A DNA stretch of 64,000 nucleotides from an uncultured cyanobacterium (GCA_963703315.1 OY969811.1:2432001-2496000); one strand, 5' to 3'. Shown: positions 10,632 through 21,167, counted from the first letter of the stretch. A program made the numbers and translations. The notes: a model not told the origin generated them from the sequence alone.

Positions 10632-11565
10632 AGGGATTAATTGTGATGTAAGCGTCTGGACAGCTATAGCCTTCATCTTGAATTTTAGGATTAGCTGGAA
10701 TTGTTTTGGTGGGAATATTACTTTCACAGAAAAGAGCCTTAGTATTTTTGGGATTAGCATCAGAACTCGCGATCGCATAGACAATGCCCGTATAAGCTTT
10801 CAGTCCATCCTTTAAGGGAATCGCACTGTTTTGTACCAATAACCCTGAAGCCTTATCTAGCAACGTAATTTTGTAACTATAGAATTCTGAATTTAGCGAT
10901 AATCCTGATCCCAATTGATTAATATCGGTTGAAAATTTTTCTGTCTCTTGAAATATTTGCTGCTGCGATCGCATGATGGCGCGAATATAGGACTTACTCT
11001 CGGCTTCACGGATTAATGTCGATGAACTTTCCAAATCAGGCGATCGCAAAATTTGGATATCACTAGCAAGATTTGTACTATCAGAAACTTTGGTTAATTG
11101 TTGGGGTTGTGGCTCTAACGTAATGGGGCGAGGCTGATCAGGCAGAGTATTCGCAATTTTTAACTGTCCACTACTATCCAATTCGTAAATGGTTTGAGTC
11201 GTGAGATTGCCAAAGTTAAGATCGAGTTGTCGTGGATTAGCACTATCGTTGACCTTATATTTCCCAGCGATCGCTGTCTTACCTGAAGGCAAATCATTAC
11301 TCAAGATATAAACATCGCCATCAATTCCATTTTTAGAATCAAAAATTGCCTTCCCTGTTTTGACTCCCTCTTGAGTTTTAAATTCCCACGTTCCCGATAG
11401 CTTTTGACTGTTTGCACCTTGAGAATCCTTTCCTAAATTATTACAGCCAATTAATAATTCCACAACGATCAATGGAATAAGCACAAAACAAACTGATCTA
11501 ACCGATCTTCTAACCGATCTAGTTGATCTATTGGTAAAAATCTTGCTAAAAATAAGTCTTTGCAT
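10630..11565 (-). CDS. Lipoprotein with C-terminal type IV pilin-like G/H domain
   Basis: Lipobox LLIGC; N-terminal LSGTW beta-barrel-like domain; C-terminal EAESKSYIRAIMRSQQ...GLKAYTG...LFCES...CP. Confidence 0.65.
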   Translation of the reverse strand: MQRLIFSKIFTNRSTRSVRRSVRSVCFVLIPLIVVELLIGCNNLGKDSQGANSQKLSGTWEFKTQEGVKTGKAIFDSKNGIDGDVYILSNDLPSGKTAIAGKYKVNDSANPRQLDLNFGNLTTQTIYELDSSGQLKIANTLPDQPRPITLEPQPQQLTKVSDSTNLASDIQILRSPDLESSSTLIREAESKSYIRAIMRSQQQIFQETEKFSTDINQLGSGLSLNSEFYSYKITLLDKASGLLVQNSAIPLKDGLKAYTGIVYAIASSDANPKNTKALFCESNIPTKTIPANPKIQDEGYSCPDAYITINP

Positions 11566-11612
11566 ATCGTTATATAATTTAGCCTGATTAGATTTGATTT
11601 GAGAAGATACTT

Positions 11613-12398
11613 ATGGAGAACAGCTTTATACAAGGATTTTCTGAATATTTGGGGGGAGACAGATTCTTAGATCTAGTGAATATACCTGAAGGAAAGTTCA
11701 TCATGGGAACTCCTTATAATCAGGAAGGTTACGCCAATGAAAAACCATCACAGTTAGTTAGTATATCTTCGTTTTATTTGGGGAAATTTCCAGTTACTCA
11801 ACGACAGTGGCAAGCAATTGCTAAATTACCTAAAATCAATGTTTCTCTTAATGCTGATGTTTCCCATTTTAAGAATGAAGTTGCTCCTGTTGACAATGTT
11901 TCATGGGTTGATGCGATCGAGTTTTGCGATCGCCTTCGCGTACTGACTGGCAAGAATTATCGCTTACCGAGTGAGGCAGAATGGGAATATGCCTGTCTTG
12001 GTGGCAAATCCACCCGCTATTATTTTGGAGATAAGATTAGCTCAGATTTTGCTAACTATGACGGCAGACTCCAATATGAATCCGAGGCTTCCGTAAAATA
12101 TCGCGAAAAAACTACTCCCGTTGGCATTTTTCCTCCTAACAATTTTGGCTTATATGACATGCATGGCAATGTCTGGGAATGGTGTGCCGATCCTTGGCAT
12201 GAAGACTATCGAGGTAGACCGACAAACAGCTCGGTGTGGGAATTTGGCGGAGATCCCCAATATCGTGTCTTAAGAGGTGGATCTTGGAAAGACGATGCAT
12301 GGGAATGTCGGGCGACTAATCGCCGCAAAGATCCTATTGTAAATTGGTACAACTATTATGGATTTCGGATAGCATTGTCTAACAAGTTAGCCAAATAA
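11613..12398 (+). CDS. Formylglycine-generating enzyme (FGE-sulfatase/SUMF1) family protein
   Basis: YRLPSEAEWEYAC, FGLYDMHGNVWEWC, RVLRGGSW, GFRI. Confidence 0.9.
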   Translation: MENSFIQGFSEYLGGDRFLDLVNIPEGKFIMGTPYNQEGYANEKPSQLVSISSFYLGKFPVTQRQWQAIAKLPKINVSLNADVSHFKNEVAPVDNVSWVDAIEFCDRLRVLTGKNYRLPSEAEWEYACLGGKSTRYYFGDKISSDFANYDGRLQYESEASVKYREKTTPVGIFPPNNFGLYDMHGNVWEWCADPWHEDYRGRPTNSSVWEFGGDPQYRVLRGGSWKDDAWECRATNRRKDPIVNWYNYYGFRIALSNKLAK

Positions 12399-12944
12399 GC
12401 GTAATTCAGAGGTTGGTGAATTAAGAAATAAATCGGCTCTTTTCAGGACTGATGGCGAAATAGTAATTTGCTTGAGCATAACTAAGCCTTCATCAATAAA
12501 GGACTGACAAAGCGCTGCATTATTCCCTTTATTGAAGGTAGTCTCGTAGTAAACTTCGCGAATACCCGATGATACTACTAACTTTAAGCAAGAAATACAG
12601 GGTTCCAAAGTTACATAAATACTCGCACCATCAGTGGAAATACCATGTTTTGCGGCTTGGGCGATCGCGTTGGCTTCTGCATGAACTGCCCTTGAGGGAA
12701 ACTCCTTACTAGCATCACAGGTACTAACATTTGGATAGCAATATCCTTGAGTAGTGCAATGGACCGATCCTGATGGTGAGCCGTTGTAACCTGTAGCTAA
12801 TACTTGTTTGTCCTTAACAATCACTGCCCCCACAGGAAAGGCTAAGCAAGTTGATCGCATGGCAGCAAGTTTGGTCAGCAACATAAAGTATTCGTCCCAC
12901 GTGGGACGTTGTTGGAATGCTGCATTGTCGATCAATTCGGACAT
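12387..12944 (-). CDS. dCMP deaminase family protein
   Basis: RPTWDEYF, TGYNG, HAEANA, PCISC zinc motif. Confidence 0.9.
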   Translation of the reverse strand: MSELIDNAAFQQRPTWDEYFMLLTKLAAMRSTCLAFPVGAVIVKDKQVLATGYNGSPSGSVHCTTQGYCYPNVSTCDASKEFPSRAVHAEANAIAQAAKHGISTDGASIYVTLEPCISCLKLVVSSGIREVYYETTFNKGNNAALCQSFIDEGLVMLKQITISPSVLKRADLFLNSPTSELRLFG

Positions 12945-13088
12945 GGGTAATAAATGATTGTTGTTGAGCTATAGCCCAAAACAGTTTACCGTAACCTTGG
13001 AAGTTATAGTTGTCGTCATTTGCATAGAGTTGTGGCGCTTCGCGCCGCCACTCTATTTGAGGTTTGTTAAAGTAGCGATCGCTAGAAC

Positions 13089-13265
13089 TTAAGGTAAGTC
13101 AAATTTATTCAATAATTTTAAAATGGCTGCCGTACCCACAATTTGGACAATTACCTGTACGGGACTTTGAGCATTACCACCGCCTTCTCCTGATTGAGCA
13201 AAAGCAGGAGAAGCAATACTTAGCAATAGCATTAGTACAATAATAAATTTGAGTCTAGTAAGCAT
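13089..13265 (-). CDS. Small secreted peptide, 58 aa (not in ORF track)
   Basis: MLTRLKFIIVLMLLLSIASPAFA|QSGEGGGNAQSPVQVIVQIVGTAAILKLLNKFDLP*; classic Sec signal with AFA cleavage site; in otherwise empty intergenic space. Confidence 0.6.
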   Translation of the reverse strand: MLTRLKFIIVLMLLLSIASPAFAQSGEGGGNAQSPVQVIVQIVGTAAILKLLNKFDLP

Positions 13266-13389
13266 TTGATTTTAAGGATTACAGATTGCCAATATTATTA
13301 AAAAAACACAGATTATGCTGGGAGATTGACCAATAGTACTAGTAAGTCCTACAAATTATAAACAAATTCCAGTACAGCGCTTTGCGCTA

Positions 13390-13466
13390 AATTAAAACCC
13401 CAAAACCTGTGGCGCACGCGCAGCGTGCGCCACAGGTTTTGGGGTTTTAATTATGCCAGCTACTTA
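13390..13466. mobile_element. MITE-like hairpin element, family B (partial)
   Basis: aattaaaaccccaaaacctgtggcgcacgc-gca-gcgtgcgccacaggttttggggttttaatt...gctactta. Confidence 0.7.
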
Positions 13467-13557
13467 TAAGACACAAAAATCACTGTAGGATGTTAAAAAG
13501 TGCAGATTTTAGGCTGTGCAGATTAAACCTATAAATTTAGAATACTGAAGCAAATCA

Positions 13558-14208
13558 ATGGCTCCTCAACTGCGTGTCTATGTCCCACCTCATCCAATTA
13601 TTCGTCACTGGATTACCATTGCGAGAGAAAAACATACACCAGTCCCCCTATTTCGCACAGCGATGAGTGAGATGGGTAAATGGCTTACCTACGAGGCAGT
13701 TCGTGAATTTTTGCCCGTACAGGAAGTGGATATCGAAACTCCATTGGCAAATGCATCAGGACAATTGATCGATGCTTCTATCCCTTTAGCTTTTGTACCA
13801 ATTTTACGGGCTGGTTTATCCATGCTCGAAGGATGCCAGACCCTTTTACCAACAGCAAGTGTTTACCATCTGGGCTTAGTGCGTAACGAAGAAACCCTTG
13901 AGGCTAGTTGCTATCTCAATCGTTTACCCGATCGCTTTGAACCCCAAACCCATATTTTCATTGTTGAACCAATGCTAGCTACAGGGGGATCGATTATTAC
14001 AACCTTAAAATTACTTACAGAAAGAGGAGCCGATCCTTCCTTAATTCGGATTATTAACGCCCTCTGTGCGCCGCCAGCATTACAATTAGTCAATCAACAG
14101 TTTCCTACAGTACAAATCTATTCTGCTTGTATTGATGAAGTTGTCAATGAGAAAGGATGGATTGTCCCTGGATTAGGAGATGCAGGAGATCGCTCTTTTG
14201 GAACCTAA
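13558..14208 (+). CDS. upp: Uracil phosphoribosyltransferase
   Basis: VPILRAG, EPMLATGGS PRPP motif, IVPGLGDAGDR. Confidence 0.95.
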   Translation: MAPQLRVYVPPHPIIRHWITIAREKHTPVPLFRTAMSEMGKWLTYEAVREFLPVQEVDIETPLANASGQLIDASIPLAFVPILRAGLSMLEGCQTLLPTASVYHLGLVRNEETLEASCYLNRLPDRFEPQTHIFIVEPMLATGGSIITTLKLLTERGADPSLIRIINALCAPPALQLVNQQFPTVQIYSACIDEVVNEKGWIVPGLGDAGDRSFGT

Positions 14209-14210
14209 AT

Positions 14211-14246
14211 AAAAAAGAAGACACGCTTTGCGTGTCTTCTTTTTTT
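14211..14246. terminator. Bidirectional intrinsic terminator
   Basis: aaaaaagaagacacgc-ttt-gcgtgtcttcttttttt between convergent upp and trpD. Confidence 0.7.
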
Positions 14247-15291
14247 ATTGCAGAAACTTAATCAAAGCTTCGGCTTTGTCCCATGCAGCACCACTTTTCA
14301 GGATTTCTGATGCTAGCTTCACACCTTCAGTCCAAGTGCTAGCTGCACCACCAATGCGTAATGCCAAGCTACTATTCAATGCGACACAATCAGTTTGAGC
14401 GCGATCGCCTTTACCTTGCAACACCGCACGTAAGATCTCGGCATTTTCCTGAACATTCCCACCCTTGAGACTTGTCAATGGTGCAGGAGTTAATCCTAAC
14501 TCCTGAGGACTCAGTACTTCTTCGGTCACTTGACCATTACTTAAAAAGGAAATATCCGTTAGATCCCCTAAACCCGCTTCATCCATACCTTCACGGCTAT
14601 GTAAGACCACAGCTTGCTGGCGATCGAGTAATCTTAGAGCTTCTGCTACAGTATGCGTTAATTTCCTATTGTAAACCCCTAAAACCTGAGCAGTGGGATG
14701 CAGAGGATTTACTAAGGGACCTATCAAATTAAAAACAGTACGGACTCCTAAACTCTTGCGAATAGCACCTACTGATTTCATCGCTGGATGCCAATTAGGA
14801 GCAAATAGGAAGGTAATTCCCACCGCAGCGAGTGCTTCGTAAATCTTTTCAGTCGGTGATGCTAAATGAATTCCAATCGCCTCTAATACATCCGCCGATC
14901 CAGAGCGACTAGAAACTGCACGATTACCATGCTTTGCTACAGGTATGCCCGCCGCCGCCGTTACAAAGGCAACAGAGGTAGAAATATTAAAAGTTGAAGC
15001 CCCATCACCACCAGTACCACAGGTATCAATCAAAGGCTTGGAGCGATCGACAATATGACCAAACTGCTCCTTCGATTTCTGTCCTTCACTTTGGGATTGT
15101 AAGACATTAGCCATCGCTGCTAATTCAGAAGCTTCCACACCTTTAAATTGCAAAGCTGTCAAAATTGCCCCCGATAGTTCTGGGGCGATCGCACCTTCTA
15201 ACCATCCTTGCATCAAGGCTGTTGATTGTTCACTAGTTAGGGTTTGGCAATCAATAAGCTGTTTCAGCAGTTGTGACCAGTTTTGTTCCAT
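14245..15291 (-). CDS. trpD: Anthranilate phosphoribosyltransferase
   Basis: [40 protein letters not shown]. Confidence 0.96.
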   Translation of the reverse strand: MEQNWSQLLKQLIDCQTLTSEQSTALMQGWLEGAIAPELSGAILTALQFKGVEASELAAMANVLQSQSEGQKSKEQFGHIVDRSKPLIDTCGTGGDGASTFNISTSVAFVTAAAGIPVAKHGNRAVSSRSGSADVLEAIGIHLASPTEKIYEALAAVGITFLFAPNWHPAMKSVGAIRKSLGVRTVFNLIGPLVNPLHPTAQVLGVYNRKLTHTVAEALRLLDRQQAVVLHSREGMDEAGLGDLTDISFLSNGQVTEEVLSPQELGLTPAPLTSLKGGNVQENAEILRAVLQGKGDRAQTDCVALNSSLALRIGGAASTWTEGVKLASEILKSGAAWDKAEALIKFLQ

Positions 15292-15348
15292 AGCTCTCTT
15301 TGGATAACGCTTTATATTGCTTCAAGGATACATTACTGCGATCGCTTA

Positions 15349-15443
15349 TATAGCGTTTCACAGTTTAGTGAGGTACGGGATTGTTGCCCCGCCGAAGGCG
15401 GGGCAACAATCCTCTGTACCTCGCTTGCTTGAAAAGCGCTATA
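15349..15443. mobile_element. MITE-like hairpin element, family C
   Basis: TATAGC...GCTATA ends, gccccgcc-gaa-ggcggggc core; inverted homologue at 56164-56258; supplies the TAG stop of the neighbouring gene. Confidence 0.68.
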
Positions 15444-17589
15444 CTGCCTTATTATTTTTATCAAATAGAACTAGAACAGTTTGCACAATCAGTGTTAGAT
15501 CATACCAAACGCTCCAGTTCTTACGGTATTCAATGTCATAATTGACTACTTCCGCAAAACTTCTGACACTAGAACGCCCATTTACTTGCCATACTCCTGT
15601 AATTCCTGGTCTGACATCGAGGCGATTCCATTCGGTATAGCGTTCATCTTGATACTCAACCTCTAACTCATAGGAATTAATTTCGTTAAAAGTTGGTGGA
15701 CGAGTACCTACTAAACTCATATCCCCGATCAAAACATTCCAAAATTGAGGGAATTCATCCAGACTAGTTTTTCGCAAAAACTTACCGATTTTAGTGACAC
15801 GGGGATCGGCGGCATTTTTGAAAAACTTGTCATTCGCACTGGTGTTGGGTTGACCATTAGCTTGTGAATTGCCCGACTGTGTGGTTGCTGCAACTTGATT
15901 GGCAACTTTACCCTTGAGTTGCTCTGCATTCTGCACCATAGAGCGAAATTTCCAAATCTTAAAAGGTTTACTCAGTAATCCACAACGAACTTGGGCAAAC
16001 AAAACACCTCCTTCGCTTTCTACGATAATTAGAATTGCGATCGGAATGAACAAAATAGCGGTAAAGCCTAGTCCAATTAATGAGCCAACTATATCAATTA
16101 ATCTCTTAAGAGGGTCACGCACAGAAGGATGTACAGGTATCCCAGGATCGATATCAATACAGGGAAAGAAAAACTTGAGTATGGGATAAAAAACTCTGAG
16201 TACAGGAATTTTTTTGATAAGCCTCTGAAGGCGGAATAGAAACAAATTAAATGGGGTAATGTTACTGACTCTAGTTTTCTGAATTGAGTCAGAAAATCGA
16301 AAGGTATTCGTATCTTTCTCAATGATGAACAAATTGCTAAGGGAGGAAAGAGAAATCAAAGAATTTACAGCTTCACTCACACTCCATAGGACTAATTCAG
16401 TTTGGTTGACTGTAGCAATTCTCAAACAATTAGTTAAAGCTCCTAAGCCTGCACCATCCATAAAAGTGGTATGACTCATGTCAATAACAATCCTTGTATA
16501 ATATTCATCAGGATTGCAAATAGTCTGAAAATCGCCCAAAAATTCTCTAGCAGTAGAAAATTCTAGTCTTTCTGGACTATAAATAAATGCGACTTCATCA
16601 AAGGTAACGATGGAAGCTTGCTTATAGTCTCTACTTCTTTCTTTGCGCCCTTGAGTTGTGTCATCATTAACGGGAATGTAAACAGTTTGAGGATAAAGAT
16701 CGGCGATCGCCTGACTTCTAACTACTAGAAGATCAAGAATCCCTAATTTTAATAACAACCAAGCAGGTAAACTGAGATCTTGTAGTCTTGTTCTCGACTC
16801 TATATAAACAACTTCACTACGATAAAACCACTTGGCAATCATTAGATACGGAATCGCAAAACCTGACCCTGTAGAAAAAACTAATTCTGGTTTTTCACGC
16901 GGTACTACCTTAAACGCTAATATAAAATTGCGAATTATATTTGGGAAGTTATCCTTAACAGGAATATATGCCCAGTATCTACGATTATCTGTTATTTCTC
17001 TTTCAGTCGTAGGATTTTGAATTGATACCCAACTGCGATCGCGATGCTTTTCCCAAAATGGTTTTAGGCTTTGCATATAGCGAAAGAAACCACCCAAGGA
17101 GCAAACCAACATAATGCTCTGGGTTGGATATCTATTTTGCAAATATGCACATAATTTAGCCTCATCAACTTTAGGTGTTACCGATGAAGTTTGTTGTAAC
17201 TTAATAAACTTAACTAAATCCCCAGGGGAACGAGCGATCGCTACACCTCGACGTTCAAAATCATCAGCAACTTCCATTTGATGATTATCAATATGTTCTC
17301 GAAATCTTTGTAAACGTGGCACTAAAACAAAGGGAGTGTCTCTATCTTCTAATAACTGGACAACACCCTCATCACAATGGCTAATAACTAGGCTGATCCT
17401 GTCGATTATACTTAATAATTCTTGTTCGGATAAGTTGCTATAAGCTTTTACGCCATCAGGTAAATATGTTGAATAACCATGCTGCACTAATACGTCTTCG
17501 TTAATTAGTTGATACTTGATTAGCAGTTCAATCCAATGCATCAAGGCATTGAATTGGTATTGCTCTGTACCAACTGTGACTAAAAGCAT
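15439..17589 (-). CDS. Fused polysaccharide-initiation protein: PssE/Cps14G + PssD/Cps14F(Alg14) + STAS + priming sugar transferase
   Basis: LVTVGT...EHIDNHQ (PssE); LVCSLGG...FSTGSGFAIP...YIES (PssD); IVIDMSHTTFMDGAGLGAL (STAS); KRLIDI...KFRSM...DPRVT...RKTSLDEFPQ...GDMSLVGTRP...PGITGVWQV (Bac_transf). Confidence 0.85.
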   Translation of the reverse strand: MLLVTVGTEQYQFNALMHWIELLIKYQLINEDVLVQHGYSTYLPDGVKAYSNLSEQELLSIIDRISLVISHCDEGVVQLLEDRDTPFVLVPRLQRFREHIDNHQMEVADDFERRGVAIARSPGDLVKFIKLQQTSSVTPKVDEAKLCAYLQNRYPTQSIMLVCSLGGFFRYMQSLKPFWEKHRDRSWVSIQNPTTEREITDNRRYWAYIPVKDNFPNIIRNFILAFKVVPREKPELVFSTGSGFAIPYLMIAKWFYRSEVVYIESRTRLQDLSLPAWLLLKLGILDLLVVRSQAIADLYPQTVYIPVNDDTTQGRKERSRDYKQASIVTFDEVAFIYSPERLEFSTAREFLGDFQTICNPDEYYTRIVIDMSHTTFMDGAGLGALTNCLRIATVNQTELVLWSVSEAVNSLISLSSLSNLFIIEKDTNTFRFSDSIQKTRVSNITPFNLFLFRLQRLIKKIPVLRVFYPILKFFFPCIDIDPGIPVHPSVRDPLKRLIDIVGSLIGLGFTAILFIPIAILIIVESEGGVLFAQVRCGLLSKPFKIWKFRSMVQNAEQLKGKVANQVAATTQSGNSQANGQPNTSANDKFFKNAADPRVTKIGKFLRKTSLDEFPQFWNVLIGDMSLVGTRPPTFNEINSYELEVEYQDERYTEWNRLDVRPGITGVWQVNGRSSVRSFAEVVNYDIEYRKNWSVWYDLTLIVQTVLVLFDKNNKAV

Positions 17590-17753
17590 ATCTCAATTCC
17601 TATTACATCTAAACAGAACAATATCCAAACAAGATCATTTTTTAGTATGCCTAGCATTTTATGCTTAGGACATTATAGTAACGCTAAAGTTATCCAGCTA
17701 AGTCTATCAAACATTACAATAACAAATGAAATACTTGTAAAAAACTCAAATTT

Positions 17754-18038
17754 ATGACCAAAGCTATTTGGAATGGGGCTGTCCTTGCTGAAAGCGATCG
17801 CTGTGAAGTTGTAGAGGGAAATCAATACTTCCCTGAGGACTCATTGAATCCAGAATATTTTAAACCTAGTAGTACCCATACAACCTGTGGCTGGAAAGGA
17901 GTAGCAAGCTATTACAGTATTGAAGTTAATGGCGAAACTAATAAAGATGCCGCTTGGTACTATCCCGAGCCAAAGGATGCGGCTAAACAAATTAAAGGTC
18001 ATGTCGCTTTTTGGCGCGGTGTAAAAGTTGAACTATAG
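17754..18038 (+). CDS. DUF427 domain protein
   Basis: VEGNQYFP, TTCGWKGVASYY, AAWYYPEPK, IKGHVAFW. Confidence 0.88.
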   Translation: MTKAIWNGAVLAESDRCEVVEGNQYFPEDSLNPEYFKPSSTHTTCGWKGVASYYSIEVNGETNKDAAWYYPEPKDAAKQIKGHVAFWRGVKVEL

Positions 18039-18200
18039 CAAGGCAGGTTTTGTTTAGGACATTAAACCCAAATAAATAAAGGCGGTGCTTCGCACCGCCT
18101 TTATTTATTTGGGTTTTAATCAAAGCCATGCAAAGCGTGGCTTTGGTTATGGTTCTATGATTTATTTTTTGTGGCGCGGCTTGCCGCGCCACAAAAAATC
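18034..18200. repeat. Family A-like element end plus two hairpins
   Basis: tatagcaagg...aaaggcggtgc-ttc-gcaccgccttt and ttttttgtggcgcggc-tt-gccgcgccacaaaaaa. Confidence 0.65.
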
Positions 18201-18216
18201 TAGTTCTGCGAGTCCC

Positions 18217-19905
18217 TTATGAATTGATGGCTTTGATATGGGCTTGGCGTAAGGTGGGGGATACCACTCGATGCAAGGCACTGCGCGGTAAGACTCGCAA
18301 CACTTCTTCGCTGGTAGTTATGCCCAGATTTAGTTTGTCGATCGCCGCCACTCGGAACGAATTAAACTCAATTTCGTTGAGATAGCGATTCATTTGGGCG
18401 ATCGTACCTTCATAAATCATTTGCCGAAAAGCATCATCAATGTCAATTAGCTCAACTACAGCTTCACGTCCGATATAACCAGTGAAGAAGCATTTTTTGC
18501 AACCTTTGCCTTTGCGCCAACGACTGGGATCAATATCTTCAGGATCGAGCCGCAGAGCTTGTAATTCTGATGTAGTCGGACGGTAAGCAACTGAACAATG
18601 AGGACAGTTTTTGCGAACTAGTCGCTGGGCAATGACACCTAAAAGTGCATCACTGATTAGCCCAGGGTCGGGTCCTAGATCTTTGAGTCGGGGAATCGCG
18701 CTAGCAGCATCATTGGTGTGCATCGTGGAGAGGACTAAATGTCCCGTGAGGGCAGCACGGACAACGGTTTCTGCCGTTTCAGGATCGCGGACTTCGCCCA
18801 CCATCACTATGTCTGGATCTTGGCGCAGAATAGCCCGTAGTCCTGCGGCAAAGGTCATGCCTGCGGGTTCACAGACTTGAGTTTGGGTGATATTTGGCAA
18901 GATATATTCAACGGGATCTTCTACGGTGATCACGTTGACGTGTTCTTGGGCGATCGCCTGCAAGCTGGTATAGAGAGTACTGGTTTTACCCGATCCCGTT
19001 GGTCCTGTCATAATGATCAAGCCTTGGGGTTGTCGTAGCCAACTGTCATAAATTTTGAGGGCGCGATCGCTAAAGCCGAGACATTCTAAATGATTAGAAA
19101 AAGGATTATCACGGGGTAACAAACGAATTACGGCTTTCTCTCCACAGACGCAGGGTAATGTACTCACCCGCATATCCAGATTGAGATGCAAACTTTCTTC
19201 GCTAGTATATGCTTTACCGATCCGTCCATCTTGAGGGCGACGACTATCAGCAATGTCCATGTCAGACATTACCTTAAGTGCCACAATAATTTTGCGACTG
19301 ATTTCAAGGGGCAATGTTTTAATATCGCGCAAAATGCCATCAATCCGATAGCGCACCCGCAAACCTGTAGGTGTCGGCTCTAGGTGAATATCACTGGCGC
19401 GATGTTGCAAGGCGATCGAAATTAGGGCATTAATGCGGCGAGTCTGATCAACGGCTTGGGATAGATATAAGTCTGTGGCTTCGCCAATATCAACCTGTTC
19501 GGTTTCGCCAGTGAGGGGATTAATCGGCTGGGCAGAATGGATCTCATTAGGATTCGGAATATTTTGACGGCGGAACCATGTCCGATAGCTATCGGTAGAA
19601 ATCTTGATCACTTTAATTTCGGTCAAAGTGCGATCGCTGATTAGCTTGATCTGATCATTACTGACAGTTTGAGGACTACCAATATAAAAGCAATTGCGCC
19701 AGAGTAAGAGGGGAATTACTGGAGGCAAAATGTTGCGATCTTCAAATTCGCGAAAAAATCGATGGTTTAAATCTTGATCTAGCCAATCTAGATGGACATT
19801 GCCATCAATATCAATCAGAAACTGCAAAGCTTCTTCACAGGAAGCAATATTTCCATGACGTAAACGTTTCCAGACTGATTCCCCTACTGAAGGTGTTTGG
19901 CTCAT
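18217..19905 (-). CDS. GspE/PulE/PilB-family secretion ATPase
   Basis: ASDIHLEP, GPTGSGKT, TVEDPVEY, LRQDPD, TGHLVLSTMHTND, CxxC...CxxC. Confidence 0.92.
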   Translation of the reverse strand: MSQTPSVGESVWKRLRHGNIASCEEALQFLIDIDGNVHLDWLDQDLNHRFFREFEDRNILPPVIPLLLWRNCFYIGSPQTVSNDQIKLISDRTLTEIKVIKISTDSYRTWFRRQNIPNPNEIHSAQPINPLTGETEQVDIGEATDLYLSQAVDQTRRINALISIALQHRASDIHLEPTPTGLRVRYRIDGILRDIKTLPLEISRKIIVALKVMSDMDIADSRRPQDGRIGKAYTSEESLHLNLDMRVSTLPCVCGEKAVIRLLPRDNPFSNHLECLGFSDRALKIYDSWLRQPQGLIIMTGPTGSGKTSTLYTSLQAIAQEHVNVITVEDPVEYILPNITQTQVCEPAGMTFAAGLRAILRQDPDIVMVGEVRDPETAETVVRAALTGHLVLSTMHTNDAASAIPRLKDLGPDPGLISDALLGVIAQRLVRKNCPHCSVAYRPTTSELQALRLDPEDIDPSRWRKGKGCKKCFFTGYIGREAVVELIDIDDAFRQMIYEGTIAQMNRYLNEIEFNSFRVAAIDKLNLGITTSEEVLRVLPRSALHRVVSPTLRQAHIKAINS

Positions 19906-20012
19906 TCCCGTTAGCCCATGATAGAACTTGCCAACATCTTAACAGCAATCCCAAAACTAAAAAGGGCTACGCCCTTTTTAGTTTTGGGATTGCTAGATTT
20001 GTTTATACAAAT

Positions 20013-20201
20013 TCACTTCATCTCGTTATATTTTTTGTTGAACTGCTTCTTCGCCTGTTCATAAACCTCAAGGGTAATTTCCGAAAAATTATTGTCTTGA
20101 GCATATTTTTCAATCTTTTTAAAAGCAAAAGGTCTGACAAAAAAAGGAATGTCCTTGAGTTTTGCTTCGGCTTCGGCAGTCCATATAATTTTTTCACTCA
20201 T
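20013..20201 (-). CDS. PCP_red domain small protein
   Basis: WTAEAEAKLKDIPFFVR...IEKYA...ITLEV. Confidence 0.8.
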   Translation of the reverse strand: MSEKIIWTAEAEAKLKDIPFFVRPFAFKKIEKYAQDNNFSEITLEVYEQAKKQFNKKYNEMK

Positions 20202-20354
20202 TGATTTTTGGGTTGTATTTTGAAAGGTCGATTTTGAGAGGTTACTTAATTCTTTACAAAGTTTAAAGCATTACCTTTATTTGTTTTCATGCCAAGTTGC
20301 TAAAAGTTGCCATACCTCATCACCCCAATCAATCTAGCTTTTTTAATAGAAAAT

Positions 20355-20449
20355 CAGTAGCTGGGCATAATTAAAACTCAGAGCTAAAACCTGTGGCGAT
20401 CGCGCAGCGATCGCCACAGGTTTTGGCTCTGGTTTTATATTTGCTACTT
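20355..20449. mobile_element. MITE-like hairpin element, family B
   Basis: agtagctgggcataatt...gtggcgatcgc-gca-gcgatcgccac...gctactt. Confidence 0.68.
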
Positions 20450-20472
20450 CTCATAAATTATCATCAAAACCT

Positions 20473-20937
20473 ATGAATATCATTGATCCTAGCCAAGTCC
20501 CTAGCCGCACAGGTTCTAACTATCCAGATATTTTTAAACCCGTAGTCGCTGGACGTGAAAAAAAACGTCTCGGTGATGCCGCAGGAATCAAAAACTTTGG
20601 TGTAAATCTAACCACACTCCCGCCGAAATCACGTTCGGCACTTCGTCATTGGCATACTAAACAAGATGAATTTATCTATGTGCTATCGGGAGAAATGACT
20701 TTGCTTACTGATGAAGGAAAATCAATTTTACAGGCTGGTCAAGCGGTTGGATTCCTTGCAGGAGAGGCAAATGGTCATTGTCTTTATAACCATACTGAGG
20801 CGATCGCTACCTATCTAGAAATAGGCGATCGCTCTCTCGATGATCAAGTAACCTATCCCGATGATGATCTAATGGCACACATGACAGAACAAGGATGGCA
20901 GTTTACTCATAAAGATGGAACATCTTATTTTTCATAA
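20473..20937 (+). CDS. Cupin domain protein
   Basis: SALRHWHTKQDEFIYVLSGE, NGHCLYN, YPDDDL. Confidence 0.88.
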   Translation: MNIIDPSQVPSRTGSNYPDIFKPVVAGREKKRLGDAAGIKNFGVNLTTLPPKSRSALRHWHTKQDEFIYVLSGEMTLLTDEGKSILQAGQAVGFLAGEANGHCLYNHTEAIATYLEIGDRSLDDQVTYPDDDLMAHMTEQGWQFTHKDGTSYFS

Positions 20938-20982
20938 ATATCGCGATCGCCTTGCTTGTCTGGACAATCAAGGTGATTAAGA

Positions 20983-21096
20983 TACAGCAAAGCAAGAGTT
21001 AGCTAGTACAAGTCAAAACCCAAGAAGTGAGTTGCAGCGCTTCGCGCTGCAACTCACTTCTTGTTTTATGTCCTAAGCAAAACTTGCATTGCTATA
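20983..21096. mobile_element. MITE-like hairpin element, family A
   Basis: Inverted homologue of 363-477. Confidence 0.72.
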
Positions 21097-21167
21097 ATCT
21101 AAAATCAATTAATGATGTTAGATTATTTTCTTTTGCCACAATCTAACAAATTTGTTGATAGTAAAAG

